DNA of 29,985 bases, from contig JANOTL010000117.1 in the NCBI GenBank assembly GCA_031416315.1, positions 1 through 29,985 on the forward strand, in the 5' to 3' direction. The DNA comes from Pseudomonadota bacterium. Lineage in GTDB: Bacteria > Bdellovibrionota_B > Oligoflexia > Oligoflexales > CAIYRB01. Each line of letters opens with the position of its first letter. Position 1 is the stretch's first letter. The translations under genes were made by a program, and so were the position numbers. This document shows, piece after piece, positions 1-7,739 of the stretch. The notes beneath the pieces are model-generated. The model made no database searches. It was not told the origin of the DNA and saw only the letters and a program-made list of their open reading frames with translations.

Positions 1-654
1 GGCGCGCGCGCGCGCCGGGGTTTCGAGGGTGAACAGAGCGCCGCCTTCGGCGAGGTTCAGGCCTTTGCGCTCCGGATGGAACGGGCGGCAAACGTCGTGA
101 TCCAGGATCTGCAGGCAGTCGAATCCCATGATGGTCATCGGCGTGAGGACGTCGAAGCCCCCGGCTACGGCCGCTTTCACGAGGCCCATGCGGATGGCGT
201 CGCGGGCCTTGGCGAGGGCGACGGCGGAGGCCGAGCAGGCGGTGGCGTAGACGAAGGCGGGGCCGGTGATGCCGAGGTGGCGCTTGAGAAACGGGGCGAC
301 GGCGCCGAGCTCGTATTGTGGGTCGAGGAGCAGGGCGGGAGACGGGCTCCACGGGGGCGACTGTCGATTGAACCAGCTTTCAATGCCCGACGTGGTGGTG
401 CCAAGGAAGAGCCCGACCTCGTGCGGCGCATAGTGCTCCAGGGGGCGGAGAGAGGCGGCGAGGGTGCGGGCCAAATCGAAGGCGCGATTGGGGCCGGCGG
501 AGAGATCCGCGATCACCCCGAGCGGCGCATCGAGGAGATGCCGGTACGGATGCACCCGCGTCAACCCGCACCGCGCGCCTTCGCCATGCGCTTCGAAGGT
601 CGCGCCCAAGGCCGAGCGCATCGCCACGCCGGTGATCGCGATCCGCGTTTCCAT
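1..654 (-). CDS. Beta-ketoacyl-ACP synthase (FabF/FabB-like ketosynthase), 3' end truncated by the window edge
   Basis: Not in the ORF track because there is no stop in the window. Manual translation from ATG at 654 gives METRIAITGVAMRSALG...GLFLGTTTSG...GITGPAFVYATACSASAVAL...AGGFDVL...CRPFHPERKGLNLAEGGA. It has the KS active-site TACSAS (Cys codon 235-237) and the CRPF / GxNLxEG motifs, and starts 2 nt after the ACP stop. Confidence 0.9.
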   Translation of the reverse strand, partial: METRIAITGVAMRSALGATFEAHGEGARCGLTRVHPYRHLLDAPLGVIADLSAGPNRAFDLARTLAASLRPLEHYAPHEVGLFLGTTTSGIESWFNRQSPPWSPSPALLLDPQYELGAVAPFLKRHLGITGPAFVYATACSASAVALAKARDAIRMGLVKAAVAGGFDVLTPMTIMGFDCLQILDHDVCRPFHPERKGLNLAEGGALFTLETPARARA

Positions 655-656
655 CG

Positions 657-944
657 CTAGGCCCCCGTGGCGCCGCGCAAATGCCGGTGCGTCACGTCGG
701 CGAGCGTGCGCAAGCTCTTGAGCGCCACGCGGCCTTCGTCGTCGTTGCGGATCTTGAGCCCGAATTTGCGCTCGACGTGCACGACGAGCTCGAGCAAGTC
801 GATCGAGTCCAAGCCGAGCCCCTCGCGGTAAAGAGGCTGGTCGAGCTCGATCTGCTCCGGTTTCAGGTGGCGGAGGTTCCCGACCTTCACGATGAGCTCG
901 GAGAGGTCGCGCGTCACGGCGCCGAGGTCACGGGTTGGGTCCAT
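657..944 (-). CDS. Acyl carrier protein
   Basis: C-terminal part of the 657..1577 ORF: EGLGLDSIDLLELVVHVERKFGLKI contains the phosphopantetheine-attachment LDS motif. ATG at 944 follows GGGAGG; an alternative GTG at 917 overlaps the upstream stop (GTGA). Confidence 0.9.
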   Translation of the reverse strand: MDPTRDLGAVTRDLSELIVKVGNLRHLKPEQIELDQPLYREGLGLDSIDLLELVVHVERKFGLKIRNDDEGRVALKSLRTLADVTHRHLRGATGA

Positions 945-2224
945 TCGTCCTTGCCTCCCACGTGTTGGAAGACGGCGCGAACCTCGGGATTGATGTTGAG
1001 GCGCGCCGTGTCGAGCGAGCGGACGATCGAGTTGGGGGACTCGACGTCGCCGGAAAGGATCGAGGTGAACTCGCGCGCCAACTCCCGGGCGCGCTCGTCG
1101 GCGTCCGGGTCCGCGACGAGAAAGAAATTCTCGACGAGATTTTTCTCGTAAAAGAGCTTCACGAAGCGGTAATAGGACCAAAAGAGGCGGCGGTACGTCT
1201 CTTGATACGCGAGGAGCGGCGCTGGGTCGTAGCCGCCGTTCGCGAGCGCTTCGACGATCGCCGGCGTCGAGAGCCGCGCCGAGTTGAGCGCGATGTGGAC
1301 GCCCGAGCTGAACACGGGGTCGATGAAGCCCGCGCAGTCGCCGATGAAGAGCTCGCGCTCGTGCACGACCTGCCGGCACACGCGCTGGAAGTTGAGGCGC
1401 ATGCGGTACGGCTCGAGCGGCTCGCCGAAGACAGCCGCGCGGATGAACGGCAGGGAGTCGAGGATCTCCCTGCCGATGGCGTCGATCGATTTGCCTTCCT
1501 GGCGAAAGCGCGCGAAATGGTGCGTGCGCAGGACGAAGCCGACGCTCATAACCTCGCCGTTGATCGGGATCGCCCAAGCCCAGCTCGGGATGCGGTCGCC
1601 GCCTTCGACGCCGTCGACGTAGAAAAGATCGATCAGAATGTCGCCGGCCGCCTTGTGATCGGCCTTGGGCGTGTATTTGAAATAGGTGTAGACGCCGGTC
1701 GCGTTGTCGTCGGGCGCGTTCGGGACATACTGATCCGGGTGCACGGAGGCGTTCGTGATGCCGCCGGCGCGGACGAGGAGACGTGCGGTGTGCTCGTCGT
1801 TGACGAGGACGCCGTCCGCGGTCTTCTCCACATCGCGCACGGCTACGGGCTGATGCACGTCGACGCCGAGGGAGCGCGCATGGTCGAGCATCAAGGCGTC
1901 GAAGACCCCGCGGTCGACGTGATAGATCGACTCGTACTTCGGGCTCACCGAGTTGGAGAAGCGGAAGGTCATTTCCTTCTTCGAGCGCTCGGAGTGGAAA
2001 GAGGCGCCGTACTTGGCGACGAAGCCCTGCGCGCGCATTTTGTCCGCGACGCCGATTTCCTCGAAGACGCGCCAGGAGAACGGCAAGAGGCTCTCGCCGA
2101 TCTGGTGGCGCGGGAAGCTCGCTTGCTCGAAGAGACCGACCGAGAGACCCGCGCGCGCCAAGTACGCCGCGCTCGCCGCTCCGGCCGGCCCGGCGCCGCT
2201 GATGATCACGTCGTAATGGGTCAT
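914..2224 (-). CDS. FAD-dependent halogenase-like oxidoreductase (tryptophan halogenase family, carrier-protein type)
   Basis: GAGPAG FAD motif, FPRHQIGESLLP, GFVAKYGASF (Lys at the usual catalytic position), WAWAIP (WxWxIP) and GDCAGFIDPVFSSGVHIA. Confidence 0.85.
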   Translation of the reverse strand: MTHYDVIISGAGPAGAASAAYLARAGLSVGLFEQASFPRHQIGESLLPFSWRVFEEIGVADKMRAQGFVAKYGASFHSERSKKEMTFRFSNSVSPKYESIYHVDRGVFDALMLDHARSLGVDVHQPVAVRDVEKTADGVLVNDEHTARLLVRAGGITNASVHPDQYVPNAPDDNATGVYTYFKYTPKADHKAAGDILIDLFYVDGVEGGDRIPSWAWAIPINGEVMSVGFVLRTHHFARFRQEGKSIDAIGREILDSLPFIRAAVFGEPLEPYRMRLNFQRVCRQVVHERELFIGDCAGFIDPVFSSGVHIALNSARLSTPAIVEALANGGYDPAPLLAYQETYRRLFWSYYRFVKLFYEKNLVENFFLVADPDADERARELAREFTSILSGDVESPNSIVRSLDTARLNINPEVRAVFQHVGGKDEWTQPVTSAP

Positions 2225-2243
2225 TCCAGGAATGTATTACAGG

Positions 2244-3434
2244 TTAGGCCGCGGAACCAAGGGCCTTTTCGATGGTCATGAGCAGGCTTTTGGCCTTGTC
2301 GAACTCGGGCGCGAGCGCCAGGCATTTCAGGAGCGCGGCGCGGGCCCGCTGCATGTTCTCGGGCGTCTTCTGGTTGGCCTCGGCGATCGCGAGGTTGAAG
2401 TAGATCCGGTAGTTCTCTTTGTAGGTCGGATAGAACTTCAGCGCCGCCTCATATTGGTGGACGGCGCGGGTATGCTCGGCGGTCTTCGAGTGGATGACGC
2501 CGTTGTTGTTGTAAAAACGCACGACTTCGGCGGGCAGCGTCGTCTCGCGGCAGAGGCCGATGGCGTGCTGGACGTAGCCGGCGTCCTCGAGGCTCTGGAT
2601 CATGTCGAATTTGAGGTCGGGCTGGTCGGGCGACAAGGTGATGAGCTCCTTCATCTTCGCCACCGAGGCGTCCGGCTGGTCGAGCTTGAGGTACATCGAG
2701 GCCATGGCTTGGATCCGGTCGAGGTTCTTCGGCGCGAGCTTGTCGGCTTTCTCGATGAGCTCGCGGGCCTCGTGGGCCTTGCCGAGGTGGAGGAGGATCC
2801 TGCTCTTGGCGTTGATCGCGGCGATGTCGTCCGGCTTTTTCTCGAGCATGACGTCGACGATCTGCAGGGCTTCCGGCCATTTCTTCGCCTCCTCGTAGAG
2901 GCCGAGGAGGAGCGGCATGCCCTTCTTGCCGATTTTCGCGACGTTCGCCTTCACATGGCCGACGGCGGCGTCGAAGTCGCCTTTCTTCATCGCGTCGTAA
3001 CTCAGCGTGCGGACGGCGTCGTATTCCGCGACGCTCCGCTTCTGCAGGAGGGCGCGGGCCAGGACGCTCAGCATTTTCACGTCGGTGAACGGCTTGGAGA
3101 TGAACTCGATGTCGCCGAGCTCGGCGCCGAGCGCTTCGTCCGTGTGCTTCTTCTGGTTGCCGGCGGCGATGACCATGCCGGCGAGGCGGCGATCCGGGTG
3201 CGTGTGGGCGCGGAACTTCTGCACGACGCCCAAGCCGGGGAGCGGGCCGAACTCGAGCTCGATCACGCAAACTTCGAAGATCTGCTGGTTGAAGAGGTAG
3301 GTGGCGGAGTCGAAGTCGATCGCTCGCACCACCTGGATCTGGTGCTTGCGCAGCATGTTGTCGAGCGCCTCGGCGACCGCGGGATCGTCGTCGACCAGAA
3401 GGATCTTGCGGGGAAGTTGGGCGTTTTCGACCAT
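2244..3434 (-). CDS. Atypical response-regulator receiver domain fused to TPR repeats
   Basis: KILLVDDD acidic pocket and FISKPF lysine motif, with Glu in place of the phospho-Asp (VCVIELEFG). Helical TPR-like repeats follow (FYNNNGVIHSK..AVHQYEAALKFYP, IYFNLAIA). Start taken at ATG 3434 (MVENAQ). Confidence 0.8.
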   Translation of the reverse strand: MVENAQLPRKILLVDDDPAVAEALDNMLRKHQIQVVRAIDFDSATYLFNQQIFEVCVIELEFGPLPGLGVVQKFRAHTHPDRRLAGMVIAAGNQKKHTDEALGAELGDIEFISKPFTDVKMLSVLARALLQKRSVAEYDAVRTLSYDAMKKGDFDAAVGHVKANVAKIGKKGMPLLLGLYEEAKKWPEALQIVDVMLEKKPDDIAAINAKSRILLHLGKAHEARELIEKADKLAPKNLDRIQAMASMYLKLDQPDASVAKMKELITLSPDQPDLKFDMIQSLEDAGYVQHAIGLCRETTLPAEVVRFYNNNGVIHSKTAEHTRAVHQYEAALKFYPTYKENYRIYFNLAIAEANQKTPENMQRARAALLKCLALAPEFDKAKSLLMTIEKALGSAA

Positions 3435-3573
3435 ATAGGATCTATGTCGGCGCCTTCGCGCCGGAACCTGATGGGGCTTGGAACTGCCCGTAAACAATGG
3501 ACTTGCCGGGCGCATCCGCGGGAGCTAACTCCTTGGAGGGACTTTGAGTCCAGGATTTCCGGAAGGGGTGCTT

Positions 3574-5100
3574 ATGTTTCTGCTGGCGATCGATCAAGGC
3601 ACGACCGGGAGCACGGCGCTCGTGGTGAGCGTGGAGGGGACCCAGTCGCGCGTCGTCGGGCGCGCCACCGTGGATTTTCCGCAGCACTTCCCGAAGACCG
3701 GCTGGGTCGAGCACGATCTCGAGGAGATCTGGCGCTCGGTCGAGAGCGCGGTGACGCAGGCGACCCAAGCGGCCGTCGTGACGGCGCCCGGATTTGCGGC
3801 GGCGAAGATCGCGGCGATCGGGGTGACGAATCAGCGGGAGACCTTGTGCGTCTTCGAGCGCGCCACCGGGAAGCCGCTCCACCGCGCCATCGTCTGGCAG
3901 GATAAGCGCAGCGCCGACATCTGCGCGCGGCTGAAGCGCGAGGGCGCCGAGGCGCGCGTGCGTGCGAAGACGGGCTTGGTGCTCGACCCCTATTTTAGCG
4001 GCACCAAGATCACCTGGCTTATGGAGAACGCGCCGGACGTCGCGAGCGCGTTGAAAGGCGGCCGCGGCGTCGTCGGCACCATCGATACGTTTCTCATGGC
4101 CCGTTTGTCGGGAAATCAAGTGTTCGCGACCGAGGCGAGCAACGCCAGCCGGACCCTTCTCTACGACATCGAGGCGGGAGCGTGGGATTCGGAGCTGCTC
4201 GACTTGCTCGGCGTGCCTTCGGCGAGCGTCCTGCCGGAGGTGAAGGATAGCGCCGGGATCTTCGGCAAGACCATGGGGCTCGGCTTCCTTCCCGACGGCA
4301 TTCCGATCGCCGGCGTGCTCGGCGATCAGCAAGCGGCGCTCGCGGGCCAGGCTTGCTACGACGTCGGCGAGGCCAAGTGCACCTACGGCACCGGCGCTTT
4401 CCTGCTCCTCAACCTGGGGACCAAGCCGCTCGCGTCGCGCGCCGGCCTTCTGACGACGGTCGCCTGGCAGCTGAAAGGGCAAAGAAGCTACGCGTTCGAG
4501 GGCTCGGCCTTCATCGCGGGAGCGGCGGTCCAGTTTCTGCGGGATCAGCTCGGCTTGATCGCCAAGGCGAGCGACACGGAGGCGCTGGTGAAGGGGGCGA
4601 CCGCCGCACCCGAGGTCTACTTCGTGCCGGCGCTTTCAGGGCTAGGCGCGCCGTATTGGGATCCGAAGGCGCAGGGCGCGATCATGGGGCTCACGCGCGG
4701 CACGACTCGCGGGCAGATCGTGCGCGCGACGTTGGAAGGCATCGCATTCCAAGTGTCCGATCTAATCCAGGCGATGCGTCAGGATTACTCCGGCAGCGTT
4801 ACCGCTTTGCGGGTCGACGGCGGCGCGGCGGCGAACGACGTCCTGATGCAGGCGCAGGCGGATTATTCCGGCGTGGCGGTCGATCGCCCGGCGAACATCG
4901 AGACGACGGCGTTCGGCGCGGCGATGTTCGCGGGGCTCGGCGCCGGCAACTTCGCGAATCTGGACGAGCTGCGCGGCGTGCGGAAGACCGACAAGCTCTT
5001 CACGCCGGTTAAGGATGCGGGGAGCGTCGGACGGATCGAGGCGCATTTAGCCGGCTGGAAGCGCGCCGTCCAAGCGGTGCGGACGTTCGCCGGGAGCTGA
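3574..5100 (+). CDS. glpK: Glycerol kinase
   Basis: LAIDQGTTGS, GVTNQRET, AIVWQDKR, DPYFSGTKI, GDQQAALAGQAC, KCTYGTGAF, SGLGAPYWD, LRVDGGA, ETTAFGAA. ATG 3574 follows AAGGGG. Confidence 0.97.
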   Translation: MFLLAIDQGTTGSTALVVSVEGTQSRVVGRATVDFPQHFPKTGWVEHDLEEIWRSVESAVTQATQAAVVTAPGFAAAKIAAIGVTNQRETLCVFERATGKPLHRAIVWQDKRSADICARLKREGAEARVRAKTGLVLDPYFSGTKITWLMENAPDVASALKGGRGVVGTIDTFLMARLSGNQVFATEASNASRTLLYDIEAGAWDSELLDLLGVPSASVLPEVKDSAGIFGKTMGLGFLPDGIPIAGVLGDQQAALAGQACYDVGEAKCTYGTGAFLLLNLGTKPLASRAGLLTTVAWQLKGQRSYAFEGSAFIAGAAVQFLRDQLGLIAKASDTEALVKGATAAPEVYFVPALSGLGAPYWDPKAQGAIMGLTRGTTRGQIVRATLEGIAFQVSDLIQAMRQDYSGSVTALRVDGGAAANDVLMQAQADYSGVAVDRPANIETTAFGAAMFAGLGAGNFANLDELRGVRKTDKLFTPVKDAGSVGRIEAHLAGWKRAVQAVRTFAGS

Positions 5101-5124
5101 CGATCAGTATATACTGACCGCATC

Positions 5125-5784
5125 ATGCTCAAGTACGCGCAAACCACGACTCTCATCCTCCTTTGGTGCTTCGTGCTTTCGCTCGTTTGGTCGGCCGCGC
5201 TCTACGCCCGACTTGCGTGGCGGAAGCCGGCGCCTGCGCGCAGTGACGTCGCCGGAGCCGCGATTTTGCCGGCGCTGGTCGTGGGGCCCTTGCTCCTCGT
5301 GCTGGGCTTTCGCGTGATCCACGTGAATCTGCTCTTCCCGGTGCATTTCTTCGCCGACTTCGAGACCCTCGCCGTGGCGGCGTTGGTGCCGGCGTTGGTC
5401 CTCGTGTTGGCCAGCGGCCTCGCGGGCACGCTGCGCCGCGGCATCGCGACCGAATACGCGCACTGGGCGGGAAAGCCGTTCGCGACGGTCGCGCTGGCAA
5501 TCGGCCGCTCGCCGCATAGCGCGCTGCGGCGCCTGGTGCTTGCGAAGGCCTTGGCCGGAGGGTGGAGCCAGTGCCTGCCATGGCTCTTCGGCGAGCTCGT
5601 CATCGTGGAGACGGTGTTCAACGCGCCGGGGCTCGGCCTCGACGCGTGGCATTTGGCGAAGCAGCGCGATCTTTCCGGGCTCGCGACCACGGTCGGCTGG
5701 CTCGCCGCGATGTACATCGTCTGCGTAGCGATGACTGCGGCGCTCAATGCCTGGCTCGGCAAGCGACTCGAATCCTATGCGTAA
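5125..5784 (+). CDS. ABC transporter permease, OppB/DppB-like (short)
   Basis: Several hydrophobic helices and the family motif GELVIVETVFNAPGLG followed by QRDL. Confidence 0.8.
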   Translation: MLKYAQTTTLILLWCFVLSLVWSAALYARLAWRKPAPARSDVAGAAILPALVVGPLLLVLGFRVIHVNLLFPVHFFADFETLAVAALVPALVLVLASGLAGTLRRGIATEYAHWAGKPFATVALAIGRSPHSALRRLVLAKALAGGWSQCLPWLFGELVIVETVFNAPGLGLDAWHLAKQRDLSGLATTVGWLAAMYIVCVAMTAALNAWLGKRLESYA

Positions 5785-6604
5785 TCGCAAGCTGCGCTTG
5801 GCGCTCAACGTGCTCGTCGTCCTCCTCTTCATCGTCTTGGCGCTGGCGCCGAGCCTCGGCTATTCGCCGACGAAGATGAGCCTAGCGTCTCGCCTGGCGG
5901 CGCCGAGCGCGCTGCATCCGCTCGGGACCGACAGCATGGGCCGCGATTTGGCGGGTCGGCTCGGCGGCGCGCTGCGCTCGGCCGTCATCCCGATGTGGGG
6001 CGCCGTGCTCGGCGGGATGATGCTCGGCATGGCGGGCGGCTTCGCGGCGCTGATGGCGCGCGGGCGCGGCTCCGCGCGGTACTTCGTGGGCGGCTTCGAC
6101 GTGATCGCCGCCGTGATCGCGAGCATCCCGGTAGGCTTGAGCGCGTTCGCCTGGTCGGCATGGCGGGAAGAGGCCGGCCTCGGCCCCGTCGTCGGTGCTT
6201 TGGCCGCGCTCTTCGCGGTGCGCGCGTATCTACAGCTTCGCGATCTCCATCGGCACGATCGCGAGTTGATGTACTGGCAGGCGCACGAGGCGATGGGCGG
6301 CTCCCTTGCCGGGCGGATATGGCGCTACGGCTTGGCTTCCGCCTGGCGCCGCGCGCTCGTCTCGAGTCTCGGCTTCAACCTGCGCGTCGCGGTGGCGATC
6401 GAGGCTTCACTCAGCTACCTCGGCTTCGGCGTGCAGGAGCCGACGCCTTCCTTTGGCAATCTTCTTGCAGCTCATTTCGAGCTTTATCTCAAGGGCGAAT
6501 GGCACGTCCTACTTGTCGTCGCGGGAGGCTTAGCTTTGGCCGCGGCGACCCCGGCTAGTGCCGTCGCCCTCTTTCCCCTACTCCGTCGACGAGGACTTTC
6601 ATGA
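5777..6604 (+). CDS. ABC transporter permease, OppC/DppC-like
   Basis: APSALHPLGTDSMGRDL and IEASLSYLGFGVQEPTPSFGNLL motifs. ATG 5777 overlaps the previous gene by 8 nt. Confidence 0.85.
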   Translation: MRNRKLRLALNVLVVLLFIVLALAPSLGYSPTKMSLASRLAAPSALHPLGTDSMGRDLAGRLGGALRSAVIPMWGAVLGGMMLGMAGGFAALMARGRGSARYFVGGFDVIAAVIASIPVGLSAFAWSAWREEAGLGPVVGALAALFAVRAYLQLRDLHRHDRELMYWQAHEAMGGSLAGRIWRYGLASAWRRALVSSLGFNLRVAVAIEASLSYLGFGVQEPTPSFGNLLAAHFELYLKGEWHVLLVVAGGLALAAATPASAVALFPLLRRRGLS

Positions 6605-7623
6605 AAAAATCCGCGAACGGACGCGTCACGCTGAGCCTCACGGCGGATTTGCGCGACAACATCTCCATCGCGCACTTCACCGGCACCGATCTGTGGCTGG
6701 CGTCGGACGAGACCGCTTCTTTAGAGCGCCTGGCGCCGAAGGGGCAGGGCTTCGCGGTCGAGCGCACTTTCGCGCTGAGCGAGTTCTTCGAGCTGCCGGC
6801 GGGGCCGGAGAAGGAAGTCGACGTCGAGGGCGTGACGAGCGCGGACGGCTACCTTTGGCTCGTCGGCTCGCACAGCTTGAAGCGGCGCAAGCCGAAGAGC
6901 GGCGACTCGGTCGAGAAGGCGATGGCGCGGCTCGCCACCGTCGACGCCGATCCCAACCGCTACCTGATCGGCCGGATTCCGCTCGCCGTCGATCCGAAGA
7001 CGGGGCGGAGCGAGCTCGTGAAGCGCGCGGGCTCGGCGCGGGCCGCTCAGGTCGATGGCGACGGTGAAGGCAACGACTTGATGCGGCTTCTCCAGAAAGA
7101 TCCGCACCTCGGGCCCTTCCTCGGGATCCCGGGCAAGGACAACGGCTTCGACGTGGAGGGCCTCGCGGCCGCGCCGGACGGCCGTCTCTTCCTCGGCCTC
7201 CGCGGCCCGGTGCTGCGCGGCTACGCGATGATCCTGTCGTTCTCGGTCGAGGAAGAGGGGAAGCACCATCTCGGCGTGAAGCGCCTGGCGAAACACTTCC
7301 TAAAGATGCAGGGGCTCGGGGTGCGCGACCTTTGCGTCGTGGGCGACGACCTTCTCGTGCTGGCCGGGCCGACGATGACCTTGAGCGGGATGGTCGGGAT
7401 CTTCCGCGTCAAGGGCGGGATGAAGCTGAAAAAGGACGCGATCCTGGAGCCTGAGCTGCTCACCGAGCTGTCGGCAGCCGAGGGCAATCCGGAGGGTCTG
7501 GCGCTGGTGCAAACGCGCAAGAGCGGCGCGAAAGTGCTGGTCACGCACGATTCGCCGGGAAAAGGCCGCAAGAAAGGCGACGCGGGGCTCGTCGCCGATT
7601 TGGTCGAGTTGAAGTGGAAGTGA
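6601..7623 (+). CDS. DUF3616-like beta-propeller protein
   Basis: LWLASDE, VDVEG, LVGSHSLKR, PGKDNGFDVEGLA, LGLRGPVLRGYA, GLGVRDL and LAGPTM recognised as typical of DUF3616. ATGA overlap with the upstream permease. Confidence 0.75.
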   Translation: MKKSANGRVTLSLTADLRDNISIAHFTGTDLWLASDETASLERLAPKGQGFAVERTFALSEFFELPAGPEKEVDVEGVTSADGYLWLVGSHSLKRRKPKSGDSVEKAMARLATVDADPNRYLIGRIPLAVDPKTGRSELVKRAGSARAAQVDGDGEGNDLMRLLQKDPHLGPFLGIPGKDNGFDVEGLAAAPDGRLFLGLRGPVLRGYAMILSFSVEEEGKHHLGVKRLAKHFLKMQGLGVRDLCVVGDDLLVLAGPTMTLSGMVGIFRVKGGMKLKKDAILEPELLTELSAAEGNPEGLALVQTRKSGAKVLVTHDSPGKGRKKGDAGLVADLVELKWK

Positions 7624-7630
7624 TTTAGCC

Positions 7631-7736
7631 TTCCCCTTCGGACCTTCCGTTCCTCTGCGCATCAGCGAAAAAACGGTCGGTTGAAAAGTCCCGATCTGCA
7701 TTTTATCGCTGAGGAGCGGAAAGCGCGGAGGGAGAA
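7631..7736. terminator. Long imperfect inverted repeat between convergent genes (candidate bidirectional terminator)
   Basis: TTCCGTTCCTC (7645-7655) pairs with GAGGAGCGGAA (7711-7721), TCAGCGAAAAAA (7662-7673) with TTTTATCGCTGA (7701-7712), and inner GGTCGG with CCGATC. Confidence 0.5.
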
Positions 7737-7739
7737 CTC

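Noticed and set aside
76..660. Plus-strand 194-aa ORF
   Set aside because: Antisense shadow of the minus-strand ketosynthase, which has clear catalytic motifs.
945..1577. N-terminal extension of the ACP ORF (306 aa in the track)
   Set aside because: Arg-rich off-frame read-through overlapping the halogenase; only the last 86-95 residues look like a protein.
935..3905. Long plus-strand ORFs 935..2281 and 2232..3905, and similar antisense ORFs such as 11412..13289 and 25259..26668
   Set aside because: They mirror real genes on the opposite strand, as expected in high-GC DNA with few stop codons, and have no motifs.
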